61,228 nucleotides of DNA from Phycisphaerae bacterium (GTDB lineage: Bacteria; Planctomycetota; Phycisphaerae; Phycisphaerales; UBA1924). Below are positions 47,532-57,476 of this stretch, in pieces. The stretch's first letter is position 1. The number at the start of each line of letters is the position of its first letter. Location of the stretch: assembly GCA_016795005.1 (NCBI GenBank), contig JAEUIV010000085.1, forward strand, positions 1 through 61,228. Reading direction: 5' to 3'. A model generated the notes under the pieces. That model saw nothing but the letters and a program-made list of their open reading frames with translations, had not been told where the DNA came from and searched no databases. The position numbers and the translations under genes are program-made.

Positions 47532-48281
47532 ATGGCCGGCCATAGCCACTGGGCCAACATCAAGCACAAGAAAGCGAAGACCGACTCCCGGCGAGGGAAG
47601 GTCTGGGGAAAATGCGCGAAGGCCATCATGGTCGCCGCACGCCACGGCCTGCCCGACCCGGCGGCGAACCTCGCGCTCCGGTACGCGGTCGAAGAAGCCA
47701 AGGCCGCCAACATGCCCCGCGACACCATTGAGCGGGCGATCAAGAAAGGCTCGGGTGAGATCGGCGGCGAGGACTGGCAGGATGTCCGATACGAGGCCTT
47801 CGGACCCGGAGGCGTCGCAATCATCATTGATGCGCTCACCAACAATCGCACGCGCACCGTGGGCGAAGTGCGGATGCACCTCACGAAGTATGGGGGCAAC
47901 CTCGGCGCGACCGGGGCCGTGGCGTACATGTTCGAGCAGAAGGGACGGATCACCCTCGATTCGGAGGCCGCCTCCGAAGACCAACTCATGGCGATCGCGG
48001 TCGAAGCCGGGGCCGAGGATGTTCGCCTCGAAGACGGGGTGTGGACCGTCCTGACCGCCCCGGCGGATTACATCGCGGTGAAGGAAGCGATCGACAAGTC
48101 CGGGCTGAAGATTGATTCGGCGGAACTGGCGATGATCCCGGGCACTCTCACCGAACTGGCGGGAGAGAACTTGGCGAAATGCGTGAAGATGATCGAGGCC
48201 CTTGAGGACAACGACGATGTCCAAAAGGTGTACACCAATCTCGACGCCTCCGCCGAGGCGCTCGAGGATGCGATGCGATAG
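47532..48281 (+). CDS. yebC: YebC/PmpR family DNA-binding transcriptional regulator
   Basis: MAGHSHWANIKHKKAKTDSRRGKVWGK is the invariant family N-terminus. The protein is 249 aa. Confidence 0.9.
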   Translation: MAGHSHWANIKHKKAKTDSRRGKVWGKCAKAIMVAARHGLPDPAANLALRYAVEEAKAANMPRDTIERAIKKGSGEIGGEDWQDVRYEAFGPGGVAIIIDALTNNRTRTVGEVRMHLTKYGGNLGATGAVAYMFEQKGRITLDSEAASEDQLMAIAVEAGAEDVRLEDGVWTVLTAPADYIAVKEAIDKSGLKIDSAELAMIPGTLTELAGENLAKCVKMIEALEDNDDVQKVYTNLDASAEALEDAMR

Positions 48282-48301
48282 CCGCGCGGCGTTGGTCTCG
48301 C

Positions 48302-49696
48302 TCACGCCCGCACGAGCCGCCCGAGCATCATTCCTTCGAAGTCGCGCATCGCGTCGCGCGTGTCCACGACCAGTCGCGCGTGCCGCGCGATCATTTCATA
48401 ATCGAACCCGCGATGATTCGTGCTGATGATGACCGCGTCGTACGACGCGAGCGACTGCGGCGAGAGCGCCACGCTCTTCATGCCGAGGTCATGACGCCGG
48501 CCGGCCCAGGTCGCGGCGACGTGAGGATCGGAGTAGTCCACCTCGACGCCCGCATCGCGCAGCATCGCGATCAACTCAAACGAAGGTGACTCGCGGACAT
48601 CGTCGATGTCCGGCTTGTACGCCAGTCCGAGCACCAGCACGCGCGCGCCGGCCGCCGAAATCCCGCGGGAGGCCAGCGACGCGATCGTCCGCTCCGCGAC
48701 GTAACGAGGCATCCGCACGTTCACCTCTCCCGCGAGTTCGATGAATCGTGCCGGCTGCCCGACTTGTCGCGCTCGCCAGGCGAAATAGAACGGGTCCACG
48801 GGGATGCAATGACCTCCCATCCCCGGTCCCGGATAGAACGGCATGAATCCGAACGGCTTCGTCGACGCCGCGCGAACAACTTCCCAAATGTCAATGCCCA
48901 TCGCGTCGAGCGTCATCTTCATCTCGTTCACGAGCGCGATGTTGACGGCGCGGAAGATGTTCTCGAGCAACTTCGCGGCCTCGGCGACCTCCGCCGAACG
49001 CACGCCCACGACGTGCCGGACCGCGCGTCCGTAGAGCCTGGAGGCCAGCGCCGTGGACCGCTCGTCCAACCCGCCGACCAGTTTCGGAATCGTGTGCGTC
49101 GAGTGCGCGGGGTCGCCCGGGTTCTCCCGCTCCGGGCTGAACGCGGCGAACCAGTCCTCGCCCGGGCGAAGGCCGCGCGCCGGATCGGCCGCACGCATGA
49201 TCGCCGGGACGAACTCATCGCGGGTGGTGCCGGGATAAGTGGTCGATTCAAGAACAATCAACTGCCCGGCGCGCAGCACGCGGCCGATCGACTCCGCCGT
49301 GCGCAGGACGTACGAAAGGTCCGGCTCGTTTCGTGCGTTCAGCGGCGTGGGGACGCACACGAGCACGGCGTCGCACTCGGCGATCCGGGTGAGGTCGCAC
49401 GTCGCATCGAACCGCCCGCCGGCCGCCAGCCGCTTCGGCAACGAATCCCCGAGGTGCTTCAGGTACATCTCGCCGCGTGAGAGCCGCTCGATCTTCTTCG
49501 GGTCACTGTCGAAGCCAACGATGCGGCGTGCCGCCGAAGGGGCATCGTGGAACGCCGCGGCCAGCGGCAGGCCGACGTAGCCCAGGCCGATCACGCCGAC
49601 CACCGCTTCGCCGCGGTCAATTGTTCGTAGAAGTTCGTCGTATGCGTTCACGGCGTCATCTTCTCTTGGGCGGGGGCGGTGTCTCGCACGACTCAT
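48302..49696 (-). CDS. Nucleotide-sugar (UDP-N-acetyl-hexosamine) dehydrogenase
   Basis: The Rossmann motif is VGVIGLGYVGLPLAAAF and the catalytic Cys context is GMGGHCIPVDP. This is the UDP-glucose/GDP-mannose dehydrogenase family. An alternative GTG start lies at 49651. Confidence 0.85.
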   Translation of the reverse strand: MSRARHRPRPREDDAVNAYDELLRTIDRGEAVVGVIGLGYVGLPLAAAFHDAPSAARRIVGFDSDPKKIERLSRGEMYLKHLGDSLPKRLAAGGRFDATCDLTRIAECDAVLVCVPTPLNARNEPDLSYVLRTAESIGRVLRAGQLIVLESTTYPGTTRDEFVPAIMRAADPARGLRPGEDWFAAFSPERENPGDPAHSTHTIPKLVGGLDERSTALASRLYGRAVRHVVGVRSAEVAEAAKLLENIFRAVNIALVNEMKMTLDAMGIDIWEVVRAASTKPFGFMPFYPGPGMGGHCIPVDPFYFAWRARQVGQPARFIELAGEVNVRMPRYVAERTIASLASRGISAAGARVLVLGLAYKPDIDDVRESPSFELIAMLRDAGVEVDYSDPHVAATWAGRRHDLGMKSVALSPQSLASYDAVIISTNHRGFDYEMIARHARLVVDTRDAMRDFEGMMLGRLVRA

Positions 49697-49752
49697 GTGT
49701 GCCGAGGCATCGTATGGTGGTCACGCTCACCGCGTTGGACTCTTCTTGCTTC

Positions 49753-50733
49753 TCAGCGCGCCAGGCTTCGCCACCAGTTCGAATGGTCCAGGTACCACCG
49801 CACCGTCTCCTCCAGCATCGCCGGCCAGGATGACCTGGTCGGCTTCCATCCGAGTTCACGCATGATCTTTTCCGAATCGACCGCGTAGCGCCGATCGTGC
49901 CCCGGTCGATCCGCGACGTGCTCGATCATCGATTCGGGCCGACCCATGATCCGCAGTATTTCTCGCGTCAGTTCCAGGTTTGATTTCTCGACTCCCGCCC
50001 CGATGTTGTACGCCTCGCCTGACCGGCCCCGTTCGAGGATCGCCAGCAGCGCGGCACAATGGTCATCGACGTGGACCCAGTCACGAACGTTCAGTCCGTC
50101 GCCGTAGAGCGGCACTCTCCGGCCCTCGATCAGGTTCGTGACAAACAGCGGGATGAGTTTCTCGGGATGCTGGTACGGCCCCATGTTGTTCGAGCATCGG
50201 GCCACCACGACATCCGCCCCATGCGATGCAACATAGGCCCGGCACAGAAGGTCCGCCCCCGCCTTGCTCGCGGCGTAGGGGCTGTTCGGCCGCATCGGTG
50301 AGTCCTCGGTGAATCTCGCGCGGGTCGCGTCCAGCGTCAGCGAACCATAGACCTCATCCGTGCTCACATACACGAGTCGCACGCCTCGCTTCCGCGCCGC
50401 CTCCAGAAGGACGTGAGTCCCGAGCACATTCGTCACGATGAACGGCCTCGAGTCCGCGATCGATCGGTCGACATGGCTCTCCGCGGCGAGGTGGACCACG
50501 GCGTCGCACTCCGACATCAGCCGCCCCACCACCTCCTCGTCGCAGATATCACCCTTGACGAACCGGTGACGAGGCTCAGAATCCAGCCCCGACAGGCGCG
50601 TCAGCGAGCCGGAATACGACAGGACATCGAGATTGACCACCGACCACGACGGACGATTGGCGAGGACATGGCGCACGAAGTTCGCGCCGATGAACCCCGC
50701 TCCGCCCGTGATCAAGATTCGCTTCGGTTGCAT
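49753..50733 (-). CDS. rfbB: dTDP-glucose 4,6-dehydratase
   Basis: It has ILITGGAGFIGANFV and the YxxxK motif in PYAASKAGAD. The 326-aa length is typical of RfbB. Confidence 0.9.
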   Translation of the reverse strand: MQPKRILITGGAGFIGANFVRHVLANRPSWSVVNLDVLSYSGSLTRLSGLDSEPRHRFVKGDICDEEVVGRLMSECDAVVHLAAESHVDRSIADSRPFIVTNVLGTHVLLEAARKRGVRLVYVSTDEVYGSLTLDATRARFTEDSPMRPNSPYAASKAGADLLCRAYVASHGADVVVARCSNNMGPYQHPEKLIPLFVTNLIEGRRVPLYGDGLNVRDWVHVDDHCAALLAILERGRSGEAYNIGAGVEKSNLELTREILRIMGRPESMIEHVADRPGHDRRYAVDSEKIMRELGWKPTRSSWPAMLEETVRWYLDHSNWWRSLAR

Positions 50734-50823
50734 GCTTCCTCACTGTACCCGCGTGCCCTTGCCCGCAGGGGCTTCACGGACCGAATGACTCCCGTACCCG
50801 ACGGCGCGGTTACCGCGACGTTG

Positions 50824-51711
50824 TTACAGCCGAGCATCGGTGTCGGGTTGTTCGCTTGAGGAGCCGGAGACGCGGAACGAGCGAAGTCGCCGCAGCAGAC
50901 GCCACGTGCCCAAGAAGCACCTCAGCACAATGAACGCGTAGACCGGACCTCCGATCGCGCAGGTTGTCCGGAACAGAAGTTCGCTGCCCTTCCAATAGGT
51001 GATGCTGCACGCGAGCGCGCCCAGCACCGCCCACCCGAGCAGCAACCACGCCGTCCACTCGGCGGAGCGCGCCGCACGCCGGCGATCGTTCCGATTTCCC
51101 ATGAGCGAGGCGGCGATGCCCTGCACCCACACATGCCACAGCACCATCGGCAGCCCCAGGATCAAGCCGTTTGCCGGGAGCACGAGCACCGCGAACGGCT
51201 CGAACAGAAAGATCGCCAGCAGGCCGAGCGCGGCGATGACTCCCCAGAGTGCCGGCAGGAGGAAGACGAAGTACAGCAACAGCCTCCGTTGCTCGCGCAG
51301 CCCCTCCGGCTCCGACTTCCGCAGGTGGTGCCGCCGCAATCCCATGCACGCGATGAGTCCGATGAGCGCGTATGCCGCGAAGGAAAGCATCCCGCTGAAG
51401 CCCAGCAGCCCGCCCCAGAAGTTGCTCATGCGCACGTCGGCGATCTTCACCGCGATGCCGATCGCGAGCGCCGTCGGCATGATCGCGAAGCAGCCGAGGG
51501 CGATCAGCCCGCGTACGACCACCCACTTCAACGGCACGACGCCTTCGGTTCCGATCCACCGTGCGAGCGGTGCGGCGCGTGAGGCCGGGCCGTCCAGCCC
51601 GCATTCCGGGCATCGGCCCCTTCGCCCGCCATCGGGCAGGTCATAGCCGCAGGCGAGACATCGAACGCCGCTCCATGAGTGCTCAGGAGTTGACCGACTC
51701 TTTTTTCTCAC
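50824..51711 (-). CDS. Membrane protein with N-terminal zinc-ribbon, function unknown
   Basis: CLACGYDLPDGGRRGRCPECG is followed by about six hydrophobic helices. No family was recognised. Confidence 0.5.
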   Translation of the reverse strand: MRKKSRSTPEHSWSGVRCLACGYDLPDGGRRGRCPECGLDGPASRAAPLARWIGTEGVVPLKWVVVRGLIALGCFAIMPTALAIGIAVKIADVRMSNFWGGLLGFSGMLSFAAYALIGLIACMGLRRHHLRKSEPEGLREQRRLLLYFVFLLPALWGVIAALGLLAIFLFEPFAVLVLPANGLILGLPMVLWHVWVQGIAASLMGNRNDRRRAARSAEWTAWLLLGWAVLGALACSITYWKGSELLFRTTCAIGGPVYAFIVLRCFLGTWRLLRRLRSFRVSGSSSEQPDTDARL

Positions 51712-51834
51712 TCGGCACGCCCTGTCGCACGCATCGGGATCATTCCCAGGTTCGTCTGCGCACGCCCCGATGTTCGGGGCGATTTCGAGAATTCAACCCG
51801 GCTAGACTACAGAAAAGCCCACGGAGCGACCCCC

Positions 51835-53166
51835 ATGCCCTACTACACAAAGCTCGGACAACTGCCGCACAAGCGGCACACCCAGTTCCGCCGACCGGAC
51901 GGCGCGCTGTATTCGGAGGAACTCTTCGGTACGGAGGGCTTTGTCGGCCCGACCTCGACCATGTACCACATCCACCCGCCGACGCAGATCACCGGCTGGA
52001 AGACGGTCTACTCGACGAAGGTCGAGTACGTCGAGACGGACACCATGCGCATGCGTCACGTCAAGACCGCGCCGCAGAAGCCGCATGGCGACACCGTGAC
52101 GGGCCGCGTCGTGTACTTCGGAAACGCCGACTGCGAAATGGCCGTCGGCGTGCCGAAAGAACAGATGAACTACCACTTCAAGAACGCCCAGGGCGACGAG
52201 TGCTTCTTCGTCCATTTCGGCTCGGGCATCGTCTACACCATGATGGGCGCGCTGACGTTCGGCCCGAAGGACTACATCATCATCCCCAAGGGGGTCATCT
52301 ACAAGTTTGTCTGGAACGAGCGAAAGCCGGGGGCCGACGGGAAGTACGCGGACAACGGCCCGCCCGCCACTGAAATGCCCTTCGGCAAGTTCCTGCTCAT
52401 CGAGACGGCCAACGGCTCACACATCGGCCCCCCGCCGCGATACGTCTCCAAGACCACCAGCCAGTTCCTCGAGCACTCTCCGTACTGCGAGCGCGATCTT
52501 CGGCTCCCCGGACTCCCGCTGACTTTCGATGAAACCGGCGACTTCGAGGTCCGCATCAAGGCCCGCGACTGCGTGCATTCGTACGTGTACCCGTACCATC
52601 CGCTCGATATCGTCGGCTGGGACGGCTGCTACTACCCCTACGTCTTCAACATCGACGACTTCGCGCCGATCACCGGCAAGCTCCACATGCCGCCGCCGAT
52701 CCACCAGACCTTCGAGGCCCACAACTTCGTCATCTGCTCATTCTGCCCGCGCATGCTCGACTGGCACCCGCAGGCGATCAAGGTGCCGTACAACCACTCG
52801 AATCTTGATTCGGACGAGGTGCTGTACTACGTCGAGGGCAACTTCGGCTCACGCAAGGGCATCGAAGTCGCATCAATGACCGCTCACCCGCAAGGCATCC
52901 CCCACGGCCCGCACCCGGGCACCATCGAGGCGAGCCTGGAGGCGACGTTCACGGGCGAACTCGCCGTCATGTGCGATACCTTCCGCCCGCTCCACCCCAC
53001 CAAGGCCGCGCTGCAATACGACGACCCGAAGTACCCGAAGTCCTGGCAGGGCGAACACTTCCCCAAGTGGGCGGCGGGGACGAAGGGTTCTCCAAACGGT
53101 CAAGTCCACGGGCCGGACGGCAAGCCCATCCCGAGCGACCGAGTGGCGAATGTGTGGGCGCCGTAA
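51835..53166 (+). CDS. hmgA: Homogentisate 1,2-dioxygenase
   Basis: 443 aa. The N-terminus MPYYTKLGQLPHKRHTQFRRPDGALYSEELFGTEGF and the cupin region with conserved His/Glu (NLDSDEVLYYVEG ... HPQGIPHGPHPG) match HmgA. Confidence 0.85.
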   Translation: MPYYTKLGQLPHKRHTQFRRPDGALYSEELFGTEGFVGPTSTMYHIHPPTQITGWKTVYSTKVEYVETDTMRMRHVKTAPQKPHGDTVTGRVVYFGNADCEMAVGVPKEQMNYHFKNAQGDECFFVHFGSGIVYTMMGALTFGPKDYIIIPKGVIYKFVWNERKPGADGKYADNGPPATEMPFGKFLLIETANGSHIGPPPRYVSKTTSQFLEHSPYCERDLRLPGLPLTFDETGDFEVRIKARDCVHSYVYPYHPLDIVGWDGCYYPYVFNIDDFAPITGKLHMPPPIHQTFEAHNFVICSFCPRMLDWHPQAIKVPYNHSNLDSDEVLYYVEGNFGSRKGIEVASMTAHPQGIPHGPHPGTIEASLEATFTGELAVMCDTFRPLHPTKAALQYDDPKYPKSWQGEHFPKWAAGTKGSPNGQVHGPDGKPIPSDRVANVWAP

Positions 53167-53376
53167 GTCATTTTGGGTGGCATGCTTGCTGCTCTGAGCA
53201 CGATGAGTATCGCGCCCGGTGATGCGTGTACAGGGCCACAAGCAAGCCACCCGCCATCCGCTTCTCAACCGAATTGCCGTGTCCTCTTACGTGTTCCGCG
53301 GCTGACGGATGCGAGGGCGGATCGCGCCCATGCAGTTAACAATTTCATGAAATTCCGGGATATCCAGGGCTTTTCC

Positions 53377-53403
53377 TTGACATGCCGCCGTCCATGCGGC
53401 ATG
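53377..53403 (+). promoter_or_regulatory. TTGACA hexamer overlapping an 8-bp inverted repeat (possible promoter/operator)
   Basis: TTGACA lies at 53377-53382. CATGCCGC (53381-53388) and GCGGCATG (53396-53403) form a perfect inverted repeat with a 7-nt spacer, inside a 462-nt lower-GC spacer. No good -10 hexamer was identified. Confidence 0.25.
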
Positions 53404-53628
53404 CTGCATTCGATCGGAGGGTCGAACATCGTCCCCGCGAGCGGAAGCTCCATCGTCACCACACAGTTCTGCATTGCACGAATCATGGCGGCGCCTTGAA
53501 CCGCTGTGAGTCTTGATCTGGACAACGTACTGCTGGCGCGCACGCGCCGGCGAGTGGATATGCCTGCACGAATCGACCGCTGAACGGTTTCCGACGAACT
53601 TCAGCACCGAACACAAAGGACCATCGGC

Positions 53629-54288
53629 ATGAATGAGCAGAGAGTCAACGGCTGCGTCATGAGTTCGTTCCTCGCGGCAACCCTGCTGCTGGGAGCCGCG
53701 CCGCTCGCCAGAGCCGATCTAACGCCCGTGGCGCTCGGCGAAACGGTGGCTCCACTTCCGGTCGTCGATCTGGCCGCCGTGCTTTCGGGGCACGTCAGCG
53801 TCGGGGTCCATCTCGATCAGTGGGACTCGGACTTCAGCGGGTCCTATTTCTACAGAGGCGAGGTGTTCCGCAACTCGGTTGATCAGACGCTTGCCTTCGT
53901 CCACAGGTTCTACCGCACGATCAACGACGGGCAGCCGACACAGACCTTCATCCCTCATCAACTCTTCGATGTATACGAGATGTCGGTCGGCAACGCATCG
54001 TTTTCGACCGCCACGAGCGCCGTCTCTTCAGCGGAGTATCTGGTCGGCGGGATGGCGGTCGCGTTTGATTGGTCCGGCACGCCTGACTCGATGTACTTTG
54101 TCGTGCGCACAAACGCGACCGAGTGGATGAGTTACGGAACATCGATGCTGCACCAGGACGGCTCTCACGCACTCGGGAGCGTGGCTGGACCCGCCGGACC
54201 GCCGATCCCCGCGCCCGCGTCGATGCTTGTCGGCGCAGCCGGGGCCGCGCTCATGGGAGGTCGGAGACGACGCACGCCGCCGCGCTGA
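53629..54288 (+). CDS. Secreted protein with PEP-CTERM-variant-like tail
   Basis: AAAGGA Shine-Dalgarno precedes the start. The signal peptide is SSFLAATLLLGAAPLARA. The C-terminus is PIPAPASMLVGAAGAALMGGRRRRTPPR. Confidence 0.6.
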   Translation: MNEQRVNGCVMSSFLAATLLLGAAPLARADLTPVALGETVAPLPVVDLAAVLSGHVSVGVHLDQWDSDFSGSYFYRGEVFRNSVDQTLAFVHRFYRTINDGQPTQTFIPHQLFDVYEMSVGNASFSTATSAVSSAEYLVGGMAVAFDWSGTPDSMYFVVRTNATEWMSYGTSMLHQDGSHALGSVAGPAGPPIPAPASMLVGAAGAALMGGRRRRTPPR

Positions 54289-54570
54289 TGGCGACCGATA
54301 TCGTCGGCAGGGCATACATGCCCTCCCATCCGCCTGTATCGTGTCCAATGCCGACCCCTGAAGCGGACTTCCGCAGTTCGACCGCTGCCCGTCGAGCGGT
54401 CACTTCTCGTTCATGTTTCTCCTATCGGGCAGGCGATGGCCATGTGCGGACCCCGCTCTGGTATTCCCTCCGATCACTTCGGTCGAGTTCTCAACTCCCG
54501 CTCAGGATTTTTCCGAAGAGGGATCATTGGCCGCGGCAGCCAGGTGCTGTGATTCCACCTGTGACGGAAC

Positions 54571-56013
54571 ATGACCTCGCTCTCGAACCCCGATCTCGCC
54601 CCCACGACCCCCGCACAGCGGACCTGGTCCACGTGGCACATCGCCGCGCTTTGGATCGGGATGGCGGTGTGCATTCCGACGTATGCGCTCGCCGCGGGGA
54701 TGATCGCACAGGGGATGGCGTGGTGGCAGGCGGTGCTGACCGTCATGCTCGGAAACCTGATCGTGCTGATCCCGATGATCCTGAACGGACACCCGGGCGC
54801 GAAGTACGGCATCCCGTTTCCGGTGCTGATGCGCGCCTCGTTCGGAACGGTCGGCGCGAATATCCCCGCGATGGCGCGGGCGCTGGTCGCTTGCGGATGG
54901 TTCGGGATCCAGACGTGGATCGGCGGCGCGGCGATCTACCAGGTCCTGGGGGCGCTGGGAGCGGTCGATCTGTCGGCCGAGACGGGACGAGTGACCGGGT
55001 TGGGGATCACGCCCGCGCAGTTGTGCTGCTTTCTTGCCTTCTGGCTGATGAACGTGTGGTTCGTGTGGCGCGGGATGAACTCGATCAAATGGCTTGAGTC
55101 TCTCGCCGCGCCGTTCCTGCTGGCGATGGGGCTGGCGCTGCTCGGGTGGGCGATGTGGCGGGTCGATTCGGTGGGCGCGCTCTTCAGCCAGGGGTCGAAG
55201 TTCAAGACCAGCGGCGAGTTCTGGCGCGTGTTCTTCCCGCAACTGACGGCGATGGTCGGCTTCTGGGCCACGCTCTCGCTGAATATCCCGGATTTCACGC
55301 GCTACGCGCGTTCGCAGCGGGCGCAGGTGTGGGGGCAGGCGCTGGGGCTGCCGACGACGATGACGCTCTTCGCGTTCATCGGGATCATTGTCACCCAGGC
55401 GACGGTCCTGATCTACGGGGAAGCGATCTGGGACCCGGTGGCGCTGGTGGCCAGGCTCGGCTCGCCGACGGTGATCATCCTGTCTCTGGTCGCGCTCTCG
55501 TTGGCGACCCTGACAACCAACATCGCGGCAAACGTGGTCTCGCCCGCGAACGACTTCTCGAACCTTTCCCCGCAGAGGGTTTCGTTCCGCCTGGGCGGGC
55601 TGATCACGGCTCTGCTCGGCGTGCTCATCATGCCGTGGTACCTGTACAACAACCTGAGCGCGTACGTGTTCACGTGGCTGATCGGATACGGCGCGCTGCT
55701 GGGACCGATCGCGGGGATCATGCTGTGCGATTACTACCTGATCCGGCGCATGCGCCTCGACGCGCGGGCGTTGTACGACCCCGACGGACCGTTCAGAGGA
55801 GTGAAGTGGCGGGCGGTGCTGACGCTGGTCGTGGCGGTGCTGCCGAACCTGCCCGGGTTCATCAACGCGGCGAGCGGGCGGGCGATCTTTCCGGCGTTGT
55901 TCGACCAGGTCTACGGCTATGCGTGGTTCATCGGGCTGGTGATCGCGATCGGGATGTATTGGACGATCACGCCTCGAGTCGAGGATCGCGGCGACTATGA
56001 TGCCGGCTTCTGA
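54571..56013 (+). CDS. NCS1 family nucleobase/hydantoin:cation symporter
   Basis: 480 aa with 12 predicted TM helices. The N-terminus NPDLAPTTPAQRTWSTWHIAALWIGMAVCIPTY is characteristic of NCS1 permeases. Confidence 0.85.
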   Translation: MTSLSNPDLAPTTPAQRTWSTWHIAALWIGMAVCIPTYALAAGMIAQGMAWWQAVLTVMLGNLIVLIPMILNGHPGAKYGIPFPVLMRASFGTVGANIPAMARALVACGWFGIQTWIGGAAIYQVLGALGAVDLSAETGRVTGLGITPAQLCCFLAFWLMNVWFVWRGMNSIKWLESLAAPFLLAMGLALLGWAMWRVDSVGALFSQGSKFKTSGEFWRVFFPQLTAMVGFWATLSLNIPDFTRYARSQRAQVWGQALGLPTTMTLFAFIGIIVTQATVLIYGEAIWDPVALVARLGSPTVIILSLVALSLATLTTNIAANVVSPANDFSNLSPQRVSFRLGGLITALLGVLIMPWYLYNNLSAYVFTWLIGYGALLGPIAGIMLCDYYLIRRMRLDARALYDPDGPFRGVKWRAVLTLVVAVLPNLPGFINAASGRAIFPALFDQVYGYAWFIGLVIAIGMYWTITPRVEDRGDYDAGF

Positions 56014-56024
56014 AGGAGCCTGCC

Positions 56025-57413
56025 ATGTCCACTCTCGCCTCATCACCGACCACTTCGCCCGCCGCGCCTCAACTCCCCCCGTGCGGGCACAAGCCAATGC
56101 CCTATGCCGGCCCGAGCAAGCAGGAAGTGCTCGATCTTCGGCGTGAGTTCCTGACTCCCGCCCTCGTGACGTACTACAAGGAGCCTCTGATGATCGTCGA
56201 GGGGCACATGCAGTACGTCTTCGACGAGACGGGCCGGCGATACCTCGACTGCTTCGCGGGGATCGTCACGGTGAGTGTCGGACACTGCCACCCGAAGGTG
56301 ATGGAAGCGGTGCGGGAGCAGAACGAGAGACTCCAGCACACCACGACGATCTACCTGCATCCGAACATCGCGCTGTTCGGGAAGAAACTCGCCTCGACGT
56401 TCCCCAAGGGGAGCGGGCTGTCGGTCTGCTACTTCACCAACTCGGGGAGTGAGGCGAACGACCTCGCGGTCCTGATGGCGCGAGCGAAGACGGGACAGTT
56501 CGACGTGATCGCCATGCGGAACGGGTACCACGGCGGCTCGCAGGCGGCCATGGCGCTGACCAGCCATTCGACCTGGAAGTATCCGGTCCCCCACTCCTTC
56601 GGCGTCCACCACGCCGTGCTGCCCGATCAGTACCGCGGGCCGCACGGCTACGACGACCCAAAGGCCGGCGAGAAGTACGCGGCCGAGATTCTCGACCTGA
56701 TCCGCTACGGCACGAGCGGCAGGATCGCGGCGTTTATCGCCGAGCCGATCCAGGGCGTAGGCGGCGCGGTCGAGATGCCGATGGGCTACCTCCAGAAGGC
56801 CTACGAGCACGTCCGTGCCGCGGGGGGGCTGTGCATCTCGGACGAGGTTCAGACCGGTTTCGGCCGCACGGGCGATCGGTTCTGGGGATTCGAGAACCAC
56901 GGCGTGACCCCGGACATCGTCACGATGGCCAAGGGGATCGGCAACGGTTGCCCGCTCGGCGCGTGCGTGACTCGAGCCGACGTCGCGGAATCGCTCAAGC
57001 AACGCATCCACTTCAATACCTTCGGCGGGAACCCGGTCAGCATGGCGCAGGGGCTTGCCACGCTGAATGTCATCCTTGAAGAAAAGATCCAGCAGCGGGC
57101 GAAGGAACTGGGCGAGTGCCTCCTGTCGGGGCTGCGTGACCTTCAGAAGCGGCACGCCATGATCGGCGACGTGCGCGGACGCGGGCTGATGGTCGGCGTG
57201 GAACTGGTCGAAGACCGCACGACGAAGACTCCCGCGACGGCAAAGTGCGCGGCGGTGTTCGAGCGATGCCGGGAGTTGGGGGTCCTGGTGGGCAAGGGCG
57301 GACTGTTCGGCAACACGCTGCGGATCAAGCCGCCGATGTGCATCACCCGGGCGGACCTGGAGTACCTGGTCCGATGCCTGGACATCTCGATGGGTGAAGC
57401 CGCGAAAGCCTGA
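56025..57413 (+). CDS. Class III (omega) aminotransferase
   Basis: It has [36 protein letters not shown] (PLP Lys in MAKG) and [12 protein letters not shown]. It resembles the alanine-glyoxylate / beta-alanine-pyruvate transaminase group. Confidence 0.9.
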   Translation: MSTLASSPTTSPAAPQLPPCGHKPMPYAGPSKQEVLDLRREFLTPALVTYYKEPLMIVEGHMQYVFDETGRRYLDCFAGIVTVSVGHCHPKVMEAVREQNERLQHTTTIYLHPNIALFGKKLASTFPKGSGLSVCYFTNSGSEANDLAVLMARAKTGQFDVIAMRNGYHGGSQAAMALTSHSTWKYPVPHSFGVHHAVLPDQYRGPHGYDDPKAGEKYAAEILDLIRYGTSGRIAAFIAEPIQGVGGAVEMPMGYLQKAYEHVRAAGGLCISDEVQTGFGRTGDRFWGFENHGVTPDIVTMAKGIGNGCPLGACVTRADVAESLKQRIHFNTFGGNPVSMAQGLATLNVILEEKIQQRAKELGECLLSGLRDLQKRHAMIGDVRGRGLMVGVELVEDRTTKTPATAKCAAVFERCRELGVLVGKGGLFGNTLRIKPPMCITRADLEYLVRCLDISMGEAAKA

Positions 57414-57476
57414 ATCGGTATCGCTTTTCGCGGATGGCGGAGCAGGCGGCTCATGAATCCGCAACAGGAGCGTGGA

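Noticed and set aside
53475-53574. 10-nt direct repeat TGCACGAATC, two copies 90 nt apart.
   Set aside because: A single exact 10-mer repeat in a 460-nt spacer has roughly a 1-in-10 chance of occurring randomly. It is mentioned inside the spacer finding but not called as a feature.
54289-54570. Possible riboswitch (TPP, purine or similar) upstream of the NCS1 permease.
   Set aside because: No CUGAGA/ACCUGA TPP box or purine-riboswitch junction sequence is visible. Only a short weak hairpin (AGGGCAT..ATGCCCT near 54312-54328) is present.
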